Shown: in pieces, positions 1 to 11,922 of the stretch
Layout: each line of letters opens with the position of its first letter
Numbering within the stretch: position 1 is the first letter of the stretch
Notes under the pieces: generated by a model
Databases searched by the model: none
What the model saw: only the letters and a program-made list of their open reading frames with translations
Told to the model about the DNA's origin: nothing
Program-made: the position numbers and the translations under genes
NCBI GenBank assembly: GCA_001938485.1
Contig: MQRK01215037.1
Location: 28,754-81,539, forward strand
DNA from: Girardia tigrina
Lineage: Eukaryota
Direction of reading: 5' to 3'
DNA length: 52,786 nt

Positions 1-398
1 ATGACGGACCACAATTTCAGAATTTGAAGGATTTGGAACTAAAGGTTAAAAATGCAATAGAAGCAATAAACTGTGGAAATCGAAATAGCATATTGGATTT
101 GTATAGCTCGTTAAGAGGATGTTTTTGTAAAGTTTTACAGACAAGGGGAAACTTATATAATTTGTAACTATTTGTGTATTAATAATAGATGTGTTAAAAA
201 ACTTGGCCATTTTTAATTTTTAATTTTAACAATAATTGATTTNNNNNNNNNNNNNNNNNNNNNNNNNNNNNNNNNNTGGTTTCATATATTTAAAAATGAC
301 ATAGCATAAACTTATTTCGCATAAGCATTTTCACATTGTAACATATTACTTTGCATTCAACTAAAATGAAGGTGTGCTAAAAAACTTGTCCGGCAGTA
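1..398 (+). mobile_element. 3' end of a Tc1-like DNA transposon (transposase C-terminus plus right TIR, IR/DR type)
   Basis: Frame from 3 reads DGPQFQNLKDLELKVKNAIEAINCGNRNSILDLYSSLRGCFCKVLQTRGNLYNL*, resembling a Tc1 transposase C-terminus. End AAAAACTTGTCCGGCAGTA is followed by TA (399-400). An internal direct repeat of the terminal motif lies at ~189-209. Confidence 0.7.
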
Positions 399-608
399 TA
401 CATCAGTTATAATATGAAATAGAAGTTATGTTTAAATAATAAATATTATATTTATTATTAAACTGTTGCAGAAAAGAAGTTAAAATTAATTTTTTAAGGG
501 TTAATATGCATAAATCATTTAATAAGATCACATTATCTTGAATTATGGATCTGCATTACATCTTACATCAACGGTTTCTTCGACATTAATAAAAACAGTA
601 TAAAGAAC

Positions 609-753
609 CTGTCAAAATATTTGCAACAGTACTCTTGTATTTCGTCTCCACAACAGAACCGATTGGACATATCGTCCCATGGACATACGAACCATGGAGT
701 GGCAGTAATATTGCGGTCATAGAGACTATATTCGTTATAGCAAATCGAAATAT
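609..753 (-). CDS. Shisa-like/STMC6 gene, copy B, exon 3 (6-Cys extracellular domain); gene continues left of the window
   Basis: AG acceptor at 755-754, GT donor at 608-607. Reads (D)ISICYNEYSLYDRNITATPWFVCPWDDMSNRFCCGDEIQEYCCKYFD(R), a C-C-CC-CC pattern. Same 145-nt length and phases as 44477-44621. The ORF-track frame (586..795) is not the coding frame. Confidence 0.9.
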
Positions 754-1329
754 CTGTGGATTAAATATTTTAGAATATTTTAATCCATAAACCATAACAA
801 GATTAAATCAACATAATATCTTCTATAAGGTATACGTCATATCATAACATTTTCGCAAACTAAAATTACATTTTACAGGTGTTTCGATTAATATATTTAC
901 ACAAAAATGTATTTTAATACTCTGATATTTATTTTGATGTCTTTATATGATGAATGCAAATATAAAACTACACGAAATAATTGCAGAGAAATATTATCGT
1001 TCATTGTTTTGTATCTTGTATTTTGTTTTGTACCTTTGTTTAGTGTTTTTACATATATGTTATGATAATTAATGGAATTGAAAAAGATACGTCGGGGTAT
1101 AATCAGAAATAATCTTTAAAACGAAAATATTTTTACAAATCAAGCTTTTAATAACATAAAACCTGGCATACATATTAAACTGAGGCTATCAATGGAAAAC
1201 TTTTTAAATGGTTTACAACACAAATTTTTTGACACGTTATTATATAAAAATCTTTTAATAATTTTTTTTAAAAAGAAGTTAAAAATAGAGTCGATTCATT
1301 TTCTGTATCTTTTGGATAACATACTTCAT

Positions 1330-1851
1330 TTGAAAATCGTGCAAATATTCTTCGTGAGATAATTGATTCAGAAAGTTCAAGAGATGAAACAAAAATTTAC
1401 AATTTGATAGATTATTAAGAATTATAAAATATAAATGCATTATTTCAATTTAAATTTCAATTCAACAAATTGAACCCTTATTGCTTGTTTTCTCAGTTGT
1501 CAACTTGTGAGTTAATTTTCGACAGCATCGGTTAATTTTAAAAATTGTATTAAATTGATGGAATATAATTTATATTAACCCCGCTCTGCTGACAAACAAT
1601 GAGTACTTCTTGATGGATTTGCTTCAAAAGCTTCAAACAATACATCAACATTTTTTAATAGATCATCCAGTTGTGTAGGTGATTGAGACTAGTGTACCCA
1701 TTTTGAAATTTTTGGAATCAATTGCATAGTGTACATCAGTCACTATTTTCCAACCTTCAACGTCACATATTTTTGAGCTGCAGCTGCTGTTTTGCATAAC
1801 TATTCTTTTAATGAAACAAGATTTCTCGAATTAGAATTTTTCATTGCTCAT
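1330..1851 (-). mobile_element. Decayed mariner-like transposase N-terminal (HTH) remnant
   Basis: Frameshifted minus-strand peptides SRNLVSLKE..KTAAAAQK, VLFEAFEANPSRSTHCLSAERG, RKLTHKLT and RVQFVEL resemble the mariner paired-like HTH region and linker. Boundaries approximate. Confidence 0.5.
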
Positions 1852-2403
1852 TTTTAAGATTATAAAAGTTTCGACATAATTATAAGTAAAACTGTTCCTT
1901 GATTTAGGTCAAGGGTTGATAAACAGTCGATCTCGGACTGTGTGGTAGTAATGTACAACAAAAAAATTACCGTAGTAAAAATTGTAAAAATTAAATGTAT
2001 TGATATAAATTATGAAGATGAATACCCTGGAAAAAGCGAATTAAGAAAAGGAAAAGCTTAAGTATTGCAAAGTCAATTAGCAAGATAGCAGCTATTATCT
2101 CTGTGGTGTACGTAACAATCCATGTTGATAAATTAAGCTCATATGCGATCTCTTTAGGTTTGGAAAATTATAAAAAATTTTATTAGGATGGTGAAATTTT
2201 TAAGGAGGCTTAACTTGAGGAAATGGAGAACTCAGATTATACTTACTGGTCAATGCAACATTGAAAAGTTTTTTTTGAAATAAACAATATTAATCAAGAA
2301 TTTATGAAATGATTTTCAAATCTCAATCATTTTCAAACTATCCTAAAAACGAGTTTGAGGGTAGCAGTTTATTAGAATAAAAACGTTTTTTAAACGAAAT
2401 ATC

Positions 2404-3520
2404 CCTTAGTAAAGAGTACTACTTTTATTAGAGAATTTAGTTCTTTCAAATAATAAATTAACAATTTTTATTTGGTTTCTTGTTCCTCATAACTACAAAA
2501 ATTATCGTCATCATATAAACAATCAGTCAGTTTTTGGCAAATATCATCATTTTCTTCGTTTAATTCCTCATCAGTCGATTCAATTTCATCAATAATCTCA
2601 AGTTCTGATGCGTTGATTTTTTCATTGTAAAAATTAAAGGTTGTTTTCTTGAAACCCTTGAAGATGAGGGATATGTAACATATACCCATACTTTTGATAT
2701 CAAATCGTATGACGCATGCTTAATATTGCCTTATTTGATGTACTCCTTGTATCCGTTAATTATCCAATTCTCCCATTGTTTGCGTAACTATCTTTTAAAT
2801 GACTTGTTAACAATTAGATATAAAACTTGGAGATTCTTTGACAAACTTCCCTGAATAATTGAAATAAAAGTTTCATGGGCTTTAAAACGTGATTTTACTG
2901 TGTCAGTCTTGTGGTCAGGAGCAGCATCAAACGTAAATAAAGATTTAAATTATTGCGATTTATGCAGACGATTTCTTGACACAAAAGAGTTTCTGTTGAG
3001 TTCATACAAAACTTTTCATTGGCTGAGACTTAAATGCTTTTTAGATGCTTGCCAGAAGGAACTGTTTAGCGAGGAAATATTACATAAGCCCGTAGTTTTG
3101 AGCCATCTGCTGTAACACAAAGCACATTAGTAACGCGACACTTTACAGCAACAGTTATGACTATTCGAATATCTTGAGTACCTTTTGGTCCATTGTATAG
3201 TTTGTCGATATATTAAACGTTATCAGCACTTCATATATGTTACCGATTTGATTGAGAGTATAGCCATCCTTATGTTTGGTTACAAATTCAACGAAATTCT
3301 TCATTTTTACCTGTCAATCTTCTAGTAGTTACTGGTCAACTGAGGTTACAGCTTCCCGGACAATATCATTTTGTACTTTGAACTTTTTCAGCTCACTTGG
3401 AGATCTTATGAAGTCATGAAGTTCATAAACAAAACTTGACTTTCTGCTTGTTAAAGAATTGCAGATACAGATAATTGAATTGACTTTTTACGTTGATTGA
3501 GAATCCATGTCTTCAGATGA
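2404..3520 (-). mobile_element. pogo/Tigger transposase pseudogene (DDE_1 domain to acidic C-terminus)
   Basis: Minus-strand peptides NQIGNIYEV, VLCVTADGSKLRAYVIF, LFTFDAAPDHKTDTVKSRF, NLQVLYLIVNKSFKR*LRKQWENW and FKGFKK plus an acidic tail (2468..2689). Subterminal motif CCTTAGTAAAGAGTAC occurs at 2404 and again at ~4789. Confidence 0.8.
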
Positions 3521-3581
3521 GTTTCAAGATCTTACTTACCATTTTACTGATCTTACTCTCGGTGATAATTTAACTTTTTTG

Positions 3582-4161
3582 TTAGGGTTCAATCGAAATA
3601 TTTCTACTTGTTTTTTTCCATCGAATAATCTGATTTATATGTACTCGATAATGTTCTTCTGGCATTGTGGAGTGGGCGCCACATCGTCTACTTGAGACCT
3701 TGGCTGGCCCGATCGTCGTAAATCGATCCTGGGAATTGGATCGAGAGAAACTGCTGAAAAAAAATAATAGCCTACCGGTTTCGGATGGCGTTGGGATATA
3801 ATGGGGGGCCGCCATCTTGCCCGATAGCTCCGGAATGATGTCGATGCGATTTGAGAGCGAACGAACTGAGGCGCGATGATAGCACGAGGAAATCGAATTC
3901 CTTGCCGTTGGCGCCGTCGATATGATACGCAGATTTATCGAGACAGATATTCGATATTGTTGATATCAATGGATAGAAATGGTGCAACAAATTCGAATGG
4001 TTCTTCGAGATCAATAATCTCTCGAGCATTTTCTGTGACGGGCTCTCGGGCAAACTGATGTCGACGATGTGAGTCTTGGGGTCCGGTGAGTTGTCGAACA
4101 GTTTTGTGAGAAAATCGAAACAGTTTTCGACGCATAAATCCTCTAATGATCTGATATGCAT
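3582..4161 (-). pseudogene. Orphan 5' fragment of a gene with an N-terminal BC-box/VHL-box-like motif (ZER1/ZYG11-like Cullin-2 adaptor?)
   Basis: GC-richer island. ORF starts MHIRSLEDLCVENCFDFL...IVDISLPES, matching the SLxxLCxxxCxxxL BC-box followed by an LP cullin-box motif. A possible 22-nt GT-AG intron (3754-3775) joins the two ORFs in frame. No downstream LRR/ARM exons are visible. Confidence 0.45.
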
Positions 4162-4919
4162 TTGGAGATATATGAATATATAATATCGAGATTGAGAAAG
4201 AGAGAGAGATAGGTATATATAAATAGAGGTTGTGGTAAAAAAACTTCAAGTAAAAAATGCCAGAATGAGATAAAAAGAAAATAATCGAAAAATATTGAAA
4301 ATGTTTATTTCATTAAAAAAATTCGAATTAATCCATCGGAAAGAGAATTATTTACATTATTTAAACAAAATTAATTTAATTTATTGATCCACTTTATTTT
4401 TGAATCCCATTATAAAGGAGCAACAGTAAAAACTGGGATAAAAGGTTTTTTTTTGTGAAAATTAATTATTGGTAAAAATTTTTATAATTTATTATACACA
4501 TAAATTATTTTCGTATGTGGAAATTCACGGGAAAAAAATTCGTTGATTAATGGTCACTACAGGCATAGTCGATTGTATCCAACTTAAATCGCAATGTATA
4601 AGTATTTCGTTTTTTACCCGGCATGATTATTGATTAAAGATTTATACTAATTAAATCATTGATTTAATACTTTTGATGGTTAAGAAATTCAATTTTATTC
4701 TTTGATAATGTATTACTCTAGTAAAGATTACTAGCTTGTATAGTTAAAGAAAAAAATTTAGCATCCAAAAATGTTTATTAAGCTACTACCTTAGTAAAGA
4801 GTACCACCTTCAAATGTTATTTTAGGGTATTTTTTGAATTTATTTTATTTCCATTATATAATTCATGCAGATTAAGTATTTTCTAATTTTTGGATTAATC
4901 TTCATTTATTCTGAATATT

Positions 4920-5730
4920 CTGTAACGTAGACAACAGAAGATAGAGTTTTCTTGTTTTTTCTAGGTAAACGACCGTTTCATCCATTGCAACGATTTCCGA
5001 CAGCTGATATTTATTAAAATCAATATTATCAATAAATTTCTTGTACTCAAGAGCACGCTTAATTATTTCAGAGTCTTCAATTTTAAATAATGTTGTTGAA
5101 CATCTAATGCTAAGATTATAAGTTTCGAAAAATCGGTCTCACTAATGTTGCGATGCTTTAAATTCATCAGAAGAAATGTTATATTATATTGCGAGATTAA
5201 TCGCAAACTTTTGAACATCTGATCTTCGGACTACAAAATTTGATTCTCTTCTGAACAAGATCCAATTAAATAATTCTTCTTCTAAATCATTAAAATGAAC
5301 TTTTTCCCTTATCCTATTTTTCTTCTATCATCGAGACCCAGTAAATTCTGCTGCAGATTTGTTTCATACTTTGCTCGCCATTTGCTCACACGTCTCAGAT
5401 CTAATTTCCTTTCCTTACAATATTCCGTTAAATTTCTGTTGCGAGACTCCTCAACGACATCCACTTTATATTTTACTGTGTAACCTTTTCTTTTTTGGTT
5501 CATGAAGGGATGAAAAATGATAAATTCAAAATTACTTTTCAAAACAAATTTTGTATAACAATTTTTAAAATTTACATAATTTTTTTATTTTTGAAATTAT
5601 CAAATAAAATATTTTTGAAAAATGTAAGGTCTTATATTAATGGATGTCTTATAATAATTCTCACAAAAATAGTTTTTAAATTTTGGACTAGGTCTTATAC
5701 GGGGGATGTCTTATATTTGGAGAAACACGG
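4920..5730 (-). mobile_element. 5' half of a pogo (POGK-like) transposon
   Basis: 5' TIR TA|CCGTGTTTCTCCAAATATAAGAC at 5730. Brinker-like DBD MNQKRKGYTVKYKVDVVEE, CENP-B HTH LEEELFNWILFRRE and first catalytic motif IVAMDET, with stops. Confidence 0.8.
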
Positions 5731-6752
5731 TATTACCATAATGGAGAAAAATCCGCTGCCACTATATAACCTTTTACTACTAGAACGGATAGACAAACTA
5801 AAATAATGCATCAGAATGTTGATTCAAAAATTTGATAAGATTGACAGTGGGTTGATTAAAAACAAAGTGGTTGTTATACCACACAAATGTCTAAAGTTTC
5901 TTATGTTTTGCAGAATGTAAGTGTAGACTATGAAACAATGACTTTCCGCTTCATCTCTTATAATCTAGAATTATATTATATCTCAAATCATCTAAGTCTA
6001 AGACTAAATGGAAGATTTTTCTTAAAAAGTCAATTTTGCTAAAGTTAAGCAATAATAATAAGCAGCGAAAAATTATATTTTGTAACATACTTCTTCTAAA
6101 GTTGTTTGAAAATGAAGATTTTTTTAATTACATTTAATGTTGCGATGAGTCAATATTTCATCTGGAGGACCAATTGCTTCTGGGGTAAATAAATCATTAA
6201 ATTTACTCTGAAATGTGATGCCATAGTTTTTATGTATCCATTTTCTCATGTACATTCTTTTACAAACTCATATGGTTCATGCTTTAAAAATATCCATACT
6301 AAAACTGGAGTTACTGGTACCATCATCCAAAATTTTACATGAACATTCTTGAAAATAAACATTTTCGCTACCTTTAGATTGATGACATATATAACAACAT
6401 TATCTTTGAATAGGACGGAACAACACATTATATTAATAAAAATTCCCTTTTTCGAACTTGGTTTGCTGATCACATCATAAGTTATAATGCAGATGACCTT
6501 TAGTCTCCGCACAGTCTTGATACCACACTTTGTAAATACTGACTTTCCGAATACTTAAATAAAGATGAAAAGTTATTTTGAAAAGTTACATATCGCTGAC
6601 CAACAGTTATCTTCAGATGAAATTAGTAATGTACCAAAGTAATGTTTATGTAATCATTATGTAATAACTAAATCATAAAAGTACTGTATTAAAATAATAT
6701 CAAATGTTTACATTTCCGGTTTGAATAAACTCCTGTATGTATAATTAAAATC

Positions 6753-8331
6753 ATTATATGATTCAATTCTATTAATTTTTGATCATTTATTGGGATTGAA
6801 AGTCAAACGTAACTATTTATTTACCAAATAGACAAACGTGTTTGAATGAATCAAAATCGAAAGATATAATGACTATGGATATTTTGAACGAATGGATCTG
6901 TTGGGTCTCCGGATAAATATATTAAACTTTCGGAAACCAAACAAAAAATATTTTTATTTCTCTCTGGTTCGCCTTTCTTGGTGGTGTTCCGAGAAAGGTA
7001 AGGCCTTTAGATTTAAGATTAACTGGTGCTTTAAACTAAAAATTTAATCGTAGAAGTTTAATTATTCAACAAAATTTTACTTTAAATTAATTTCAATTAT
7101 CAAAAACCAACAGTATTGTTTTCAAATAAGATTGATTTCTTTAATACAATTTTTACAGTAATAAAAATACGAATAAATAAAAATGAGAATTTTCCTATTT
7201 TATTTGATTCTTTACCAATCAGATATCTCCAATTAGTAAATTCAGTTTGACAATGATTTTAGAATTATAGATACAAAATATGATTTTAATCGAATTTAAT
7301 TTAAGAAATTAAAATGTTAAAAAGGATTTTTACTTATTAAATTATAATAACCCGCTAAGCTAATCCAAATGAATTTCTCACATCAATTTACTCCAAAATA
7401 ATTTACTTTAATTGCCTCGATACTTTCTTTTTCCGAGAAATTTAAACCACTTCTTTCAATAAGATTCTTCGCCATTTAAATATAACTTTCGTCCTCAAAT
7501 TTTCTCGTAAGATATATCTTCTTTTCAAAATTTTTTCTCCTTGACTTCCAAAATAAATTAGCTTCTTGATAAATTTAAAATTGCGTTCGTTCCTTTTTCA
7601 AAAAAATTAAACCAAAAATTCAAAACACCTATTAAAATTTTCCTTTTTCAAAAAAAAAATAAAAAATTTAACAACTGCGCATTTTAGCGACAGTGTTTAT
7701 ATATACACTGCACTATACGGACTTTTATTTTGAATCTCTAAACTGTGACGAATATTCTTAACGAAGCAATAGATTGATAATGTACCAATTTTCAATTCGT
7801 TAGATTTTTAGTTACAATGAAGCACAAAACCATACATATCAAGATAAAAATCATTCTATCTTGCACTCTGCCCTCTAGGCCTTGCACTTTTCTTTTATAT
7901 ATAATTTTTGCACTTTTCATAAATCATACTTTATTTTAATTTAAATATAAATAAATAATAATTTTGTTTTAAATTAAATAAGTAAAATAATAATAAATAA
8001 TAATATTCTACTATTATTTGCTAATTATTTATTTTTTATAAACATTTTTATATTACCCAACAGATCCAAAAACGTATTTTGTAAAATATAACCCACAAAA
8101 ATTGGTATGTCGGTTGTATCGATCTTGATATATAGTATAGTACAAGTAATCAATGAAAAAATCCGACCGGTATTCAATTTTCGATAGTCAATATGAGTCC
8201 AAAAATTCATAGTCATTATATCTTTCGATTTGATTCATTCAAACACGTTTGTCTATTTGGTAAATAATCAGGCACGTGGGACTTTCAATCTCAATGAATG
8301 ATCAAAGATTAATAGAATCGAATAATATAAT
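6753..8331. repeat. ~135-bp inverted repeat pair (6753-~6890 / ~8197-8331) enclosing ~1.3 kb; foldback or non-autonomous MULE-like element
   Basis: The reverse complement of the right arm matches the left arm (core ATTTACCAAATAGACAAACGTGTTTGAATGAATCAAA). No clear TSD. Confidence 0.75.
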
Positions 8332-8479
8332 TATGTTTTTCACTGCAAACATCATAATTACTATTTTTAAAAAGTTTTTATTCGTACATTTTCCCTTGAC
8401 CAAATAATTTTTTGTATCCTTTAAATAATATTTCTGCCATTAAAATAATTTTATAATTTTTTTCATATAAAATTCTTAC

Positions 8480-8881
8480 CATCATAAGCACTGTCTTTAT
8501 AAATTGGAAATGAATGTCTTCGATGTGGATTTATAATAATTAGACCCGTCATAACTCCGACTCTTTTATTTTTGTACGAAGTATATTTGTAACGAAAAGT
8601 TGGTGAATATCCATGATATCTTGACCATGACGAATATCTAGACGATACTCCTATTCGACCATACGATCCACTTCGATATCCGGAACTACTTCGAGAACTT
8701 GATCCAATTCGGATATTAACACTACTACGAGAATCGCCAATTCGACTACCACTACTACTTCGATAACTTGAACCACTTCGGCTACCACTGCTACTTCGAT
8801 AACCTCCACTACTACTACTACGAGAGCCTCCACCACGACTCCCACCACCACGACTCCCTCGAGAATCAATATTACTGAACC
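8480..8881 (-). CDS. Shisa-like/STMC6 gene, copy B, exon 2 (Gly/Ser/Arg/Tyr low-complexity region)
   Basis: TTAACAG acceptor, GTAAG donor, phase 1-1, 402 nt open: (G)FSNIDSRGSRGGGSRGGGSRSSSSGGYRSSSG...RYKYTSYKNKRVGVMTGLIIINPHRRHSFPIYKDSAYD. Paralogous to 50494-50799. Confidence 0.9.
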
Positions 8882-9112
8882 CTGTTAAATTTTTTCAAGA
8901 TATTATCGTGAACAATATTCAGGAACAATTTTAAATTAATCTAATTATCATAGAATTTCATATTGATAATTTTAGGAAATAACTACTGTATTGATACTTA
9001 ATTACTAAAAAATTAAAATTATCTTTAAATAAATATTAAAATACTTAAATACCTTGTTTAAATAATATTTAAATTAATTTTTGTTTTTAATATTGAAGCC
9101 AAAAAGTGCTAC

Positions 9113-9113
<1 letters not shown>

Positions 9114-9142
<29 letters not shown>
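9114..9142. repeat. (TA)n microsatellite
   Basis: Seen directly. Confidence 0.95.
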
Positions 9143-9145
<3 letters not shown>

Positions 9146-9761
9146 GAAATGTCGCAAAAACTATAAAAAATTTAATGAATATATTTCAGAAAATAAGGTA
9201 AATATTTAGTTTTTTCTTAAACATTTCATATTTCATAGTGATTTAGTGATTTAACCATGAAATAAAATATAATATCGACAAAGTAACGTAAACTATCGCA
9301 GCACGGTCAAAGTCCGCAATCTGTTCTCCTATGATTCCAAATCGAAAGTCTACCTGTTTTGTATTTTACAACACGTACGCAAAATAATTCTCTTTTTGAG
9401 AAACAGCGTCATTTATGAAAAAATTACAAACATCCTAATTTTAAAAAATGTTAATTCTATTTTAGAACAAATTGTAAAATTATTTCATACTTAAAAATAA
9501 CGGGTATATATCATAAGGAAAATAAAATTTTGCATCAAATTGAACGAGAAATCGATTTTTGATTCCCGATTTGACACTCAACTAATTCGATAAAACGAAA
9601 TCGATAGAAACATAATTCAACGATTTCATAAAATAGATTTGGAAATATTCACTGATATCATTCAGAGAATATTTCTGACATCAATTAAAAGAATCTTATA
9701 AATTCAAAATACGACAGAATAAATTATAAAACTAGAAATCGAGATTTAGAAACAAACGTAC

Positions 9762-9807
9762 CCGTAATAAAAATCAGTAGGAGTAACAAATTGAATTTAA
9801 TGCACAT
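9762..9807 (-). CDS. Shisa-like/STMC6 gene, copy B, exon 1 (signal peptide)
   Basis: ATG at 9807 (an alternative in-frame ATG lies at 9828) gives MCIKFNLLLLLIFIT-G|gtacgt. The phase-1 donor joins exon 2 in frame to complete a hydrophobic signal peptide. Confidence 0.8.
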
Positions 9808-10074
9808 GGTGTTCAAAATAAATGTCATAATCAAATTGATTAATTTGAAGTGTTAATTATTTACACGAAGAATTTAAACAAACTCATATATTTTAATATT
9901 CTCAACTTCACGTATCTCAATTTTTTTAGGTTCAGAAAAAAATTTAGGACATATGATTTTGAAATAAATTAAACTTTTGTCTAAATTTATTATCAAATAT
10001 TTAATTATAGAGAAAATTTAAAAAAACAGAACACTATAAAACTTTAAAAAATAGAACACTTATTATAATCATCA

Positions 10075-10345
10075 GATTGTTGTACATTTAACCATCGACT
10101 TATTGCTATTGTGGATTCCAAAAGTGCCAATTGCCTCTGAAAAATCGTACATATATCGTTTCATTTCTTTAATCAAATATTTCCATATTATAATTATTCA
10201 ATGAAACTATACGATTGGTTACATCATGTTTGATTAATGTTTTGATTGCAGAATTCATGGACTCTGTTGCATTCGAAGTGTTCTTCCCATACTTTGAAAG
10301 ATTGTACTTTGTATTTGTCCACGTCGATTCACCAATCGAAAAATA
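10075..10345 (-). mobile_element. MULE/Mutator transposase C-terminal fragment
   Basis: Reads STWTNTKYNLSKYGKNTSNATESMNSAIKTLIK, matching the W...(R/K)YG..TSN..ES.N motif around the MULE catalytic Glu. Confidence 0.55.
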
Positions 10346-10928
10346 GAATTATAAAACTCTATATTTGTTGAGTATAAATAATAAAAGTATTTAATAGAAA
10401 TAATTTTAGTTTTAATTAATAGATATAATAAGAAATTATTTATCATATTAAATATAGAGTATATATAAATAATGGAAATAAAAGTTATTAGAGATAAACA
10501 AACTAAATAAAAGAAAATAATGTTTATGAAAGAAAGGAAATCACTATATTTTAAAAGATAAATAAAGGCAATTATATTTAAAAAGGAACACTATAAAAGA
10601 GCAAGATTTTAAGAAGAGTCACCTTAATTATATTTTTAAGAATAATTTTAACACCTTAATTATATCTCAAGAGTTAAACGACTAAAAGTAAATTGAAAGG
10701 TCAAGAACCAAAAGAATTCGTAATTAGACAGATCTCACGCGAAGAATAACTTGAATTAATTATTGATCAGAGGTAAATATAAAGCTTTTAATTGAAGCAT
10801 AAAGACGCAAATATTGACTTCAGACTCGACGACTAGAAAAACGAAAATCAAAGCGGGAATCTTTAAAATTGAAAGGTACGATAATCGAAGGCATCGAACA
10901 AATATAAATATATACTTTGTTAACATAT

Positions 10929-10929
10929 T

Positions 10930-10969
<40 letters not shown>
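10929..10969. repeat. (CA)n(TA)n compound microsatellite
   Basis: Seen directly. Confidence 0.9.
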
Positions 10970-11506
10970 CAAAATAATTCGAGTAAGAGAATACTCTTCT
11001 CGTTTTATCCAAACTATAAAATCAATTCTATAAGGTTTAAGTTTTTATTGAAATAACTTGTAATTATTGTAATAAAGCAAATAAATATTTGTAACTCAAT
11101 CTTCAAATTTTACATTTCTTTTTATACTTTATCAAATCACATCGATACGCCAACATATTCATTACACGGAATTATTACATCGTTCTTTCAAATAGGGCGT
11201 TTTCATACGTCTATAATGTTATATAAATTTATCATTTAGTAATCAATTTCTAAAATGTAATTTTAGATTTTTAGCAATATGCCTAATTAAATTTCGTTTT
11301 ATAATATTAGGTACAACTTCTTTGGTGGCAGAAAGTAGCCATAAATCTCTATCAGACATTAAAATAGTTTGATTATTATTTATATAAAAGTACTCCTTCA
11401 AATGATTTAAAAAATATCTTCAGTTTCTAATGTTTTCGGACTCCGTAATAGCAAATAATAAAAAGTCAATTTATCCATTCCGTCTTGAGCTGCAACAACA
11501 GGTAAA

Positions 11507-11644
11507 GTTTTTTTATGTGACTCTAAAAATATCTCCGAAATGACAAATTTGCATCCATAAAAGATGTTTATGACCTATTTGTCAAACAGCTGCCAAAATA
11601 TTATAAGCCATGAGGGTTTCTTTTATGTGACTCTAAAATTATCT
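11507..11644 (+). repeat. 80-bp inverted copy of piggyBac sequence (source 12144-12223) flanked by ~28-bp direct repeats
   Basis: 11532-11611 equals the reverse complement of 12144-12223 with 2 mismatches. Flanks GTTT(T/C)TTTTATGTGACTCTAAAA(A/T)TATCT lie at 11507-11534 and 11616-11644. Confidence 0.85.
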
Positions 11645-11922
11645 TCTATCCATCAATATAATTTTACTGTTTATTTGATATGATCTTTTGTTATCGGCCC
11701 ATGGCATGAAAAATCTTTTAAATGTATTATTTCCATTTGCATATCATGATAAAAATCAGTATCATTCAAAGTTGCGACTAGTCTGTTTAATTTATCATAT
11801 TCATACGAATATGAATTAAGTACAACCAAAGTTTTCTTAATTTTCATTTATAAATGTCCTTATAAGACTTATTATATTTCATTTCAACTCTAAACGTTTT
11901 TTAATAACTCTTAACGTTTTTC

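Noticed and set aside
586-795. ORF-track proteins 586..795 and 44448..44636 as standalone genes
   Set aside because: They are shifted frames of the Cys-domain exon; the spliced frame gives the conserved C-C-CC-CC pattern.
6100-6610. Possible MULE/ZSWIM3-like N-terminal remnant on the minus strand
   Set aside because: Only vague motif resemblance across many frameshifts.
8651-8869. Val-rich ORFs here and at 50665..50883 as membrane proteins
   Set aside because: Alternative frames of the AGT/GGT/CGA repeats that encode the Ser/Gly/Arg exon.
10521-11154. Solo LTR candidates (also 13629-13880)
   Set aside because: TG...CA ends, but no TSD, PBS or partner copy.
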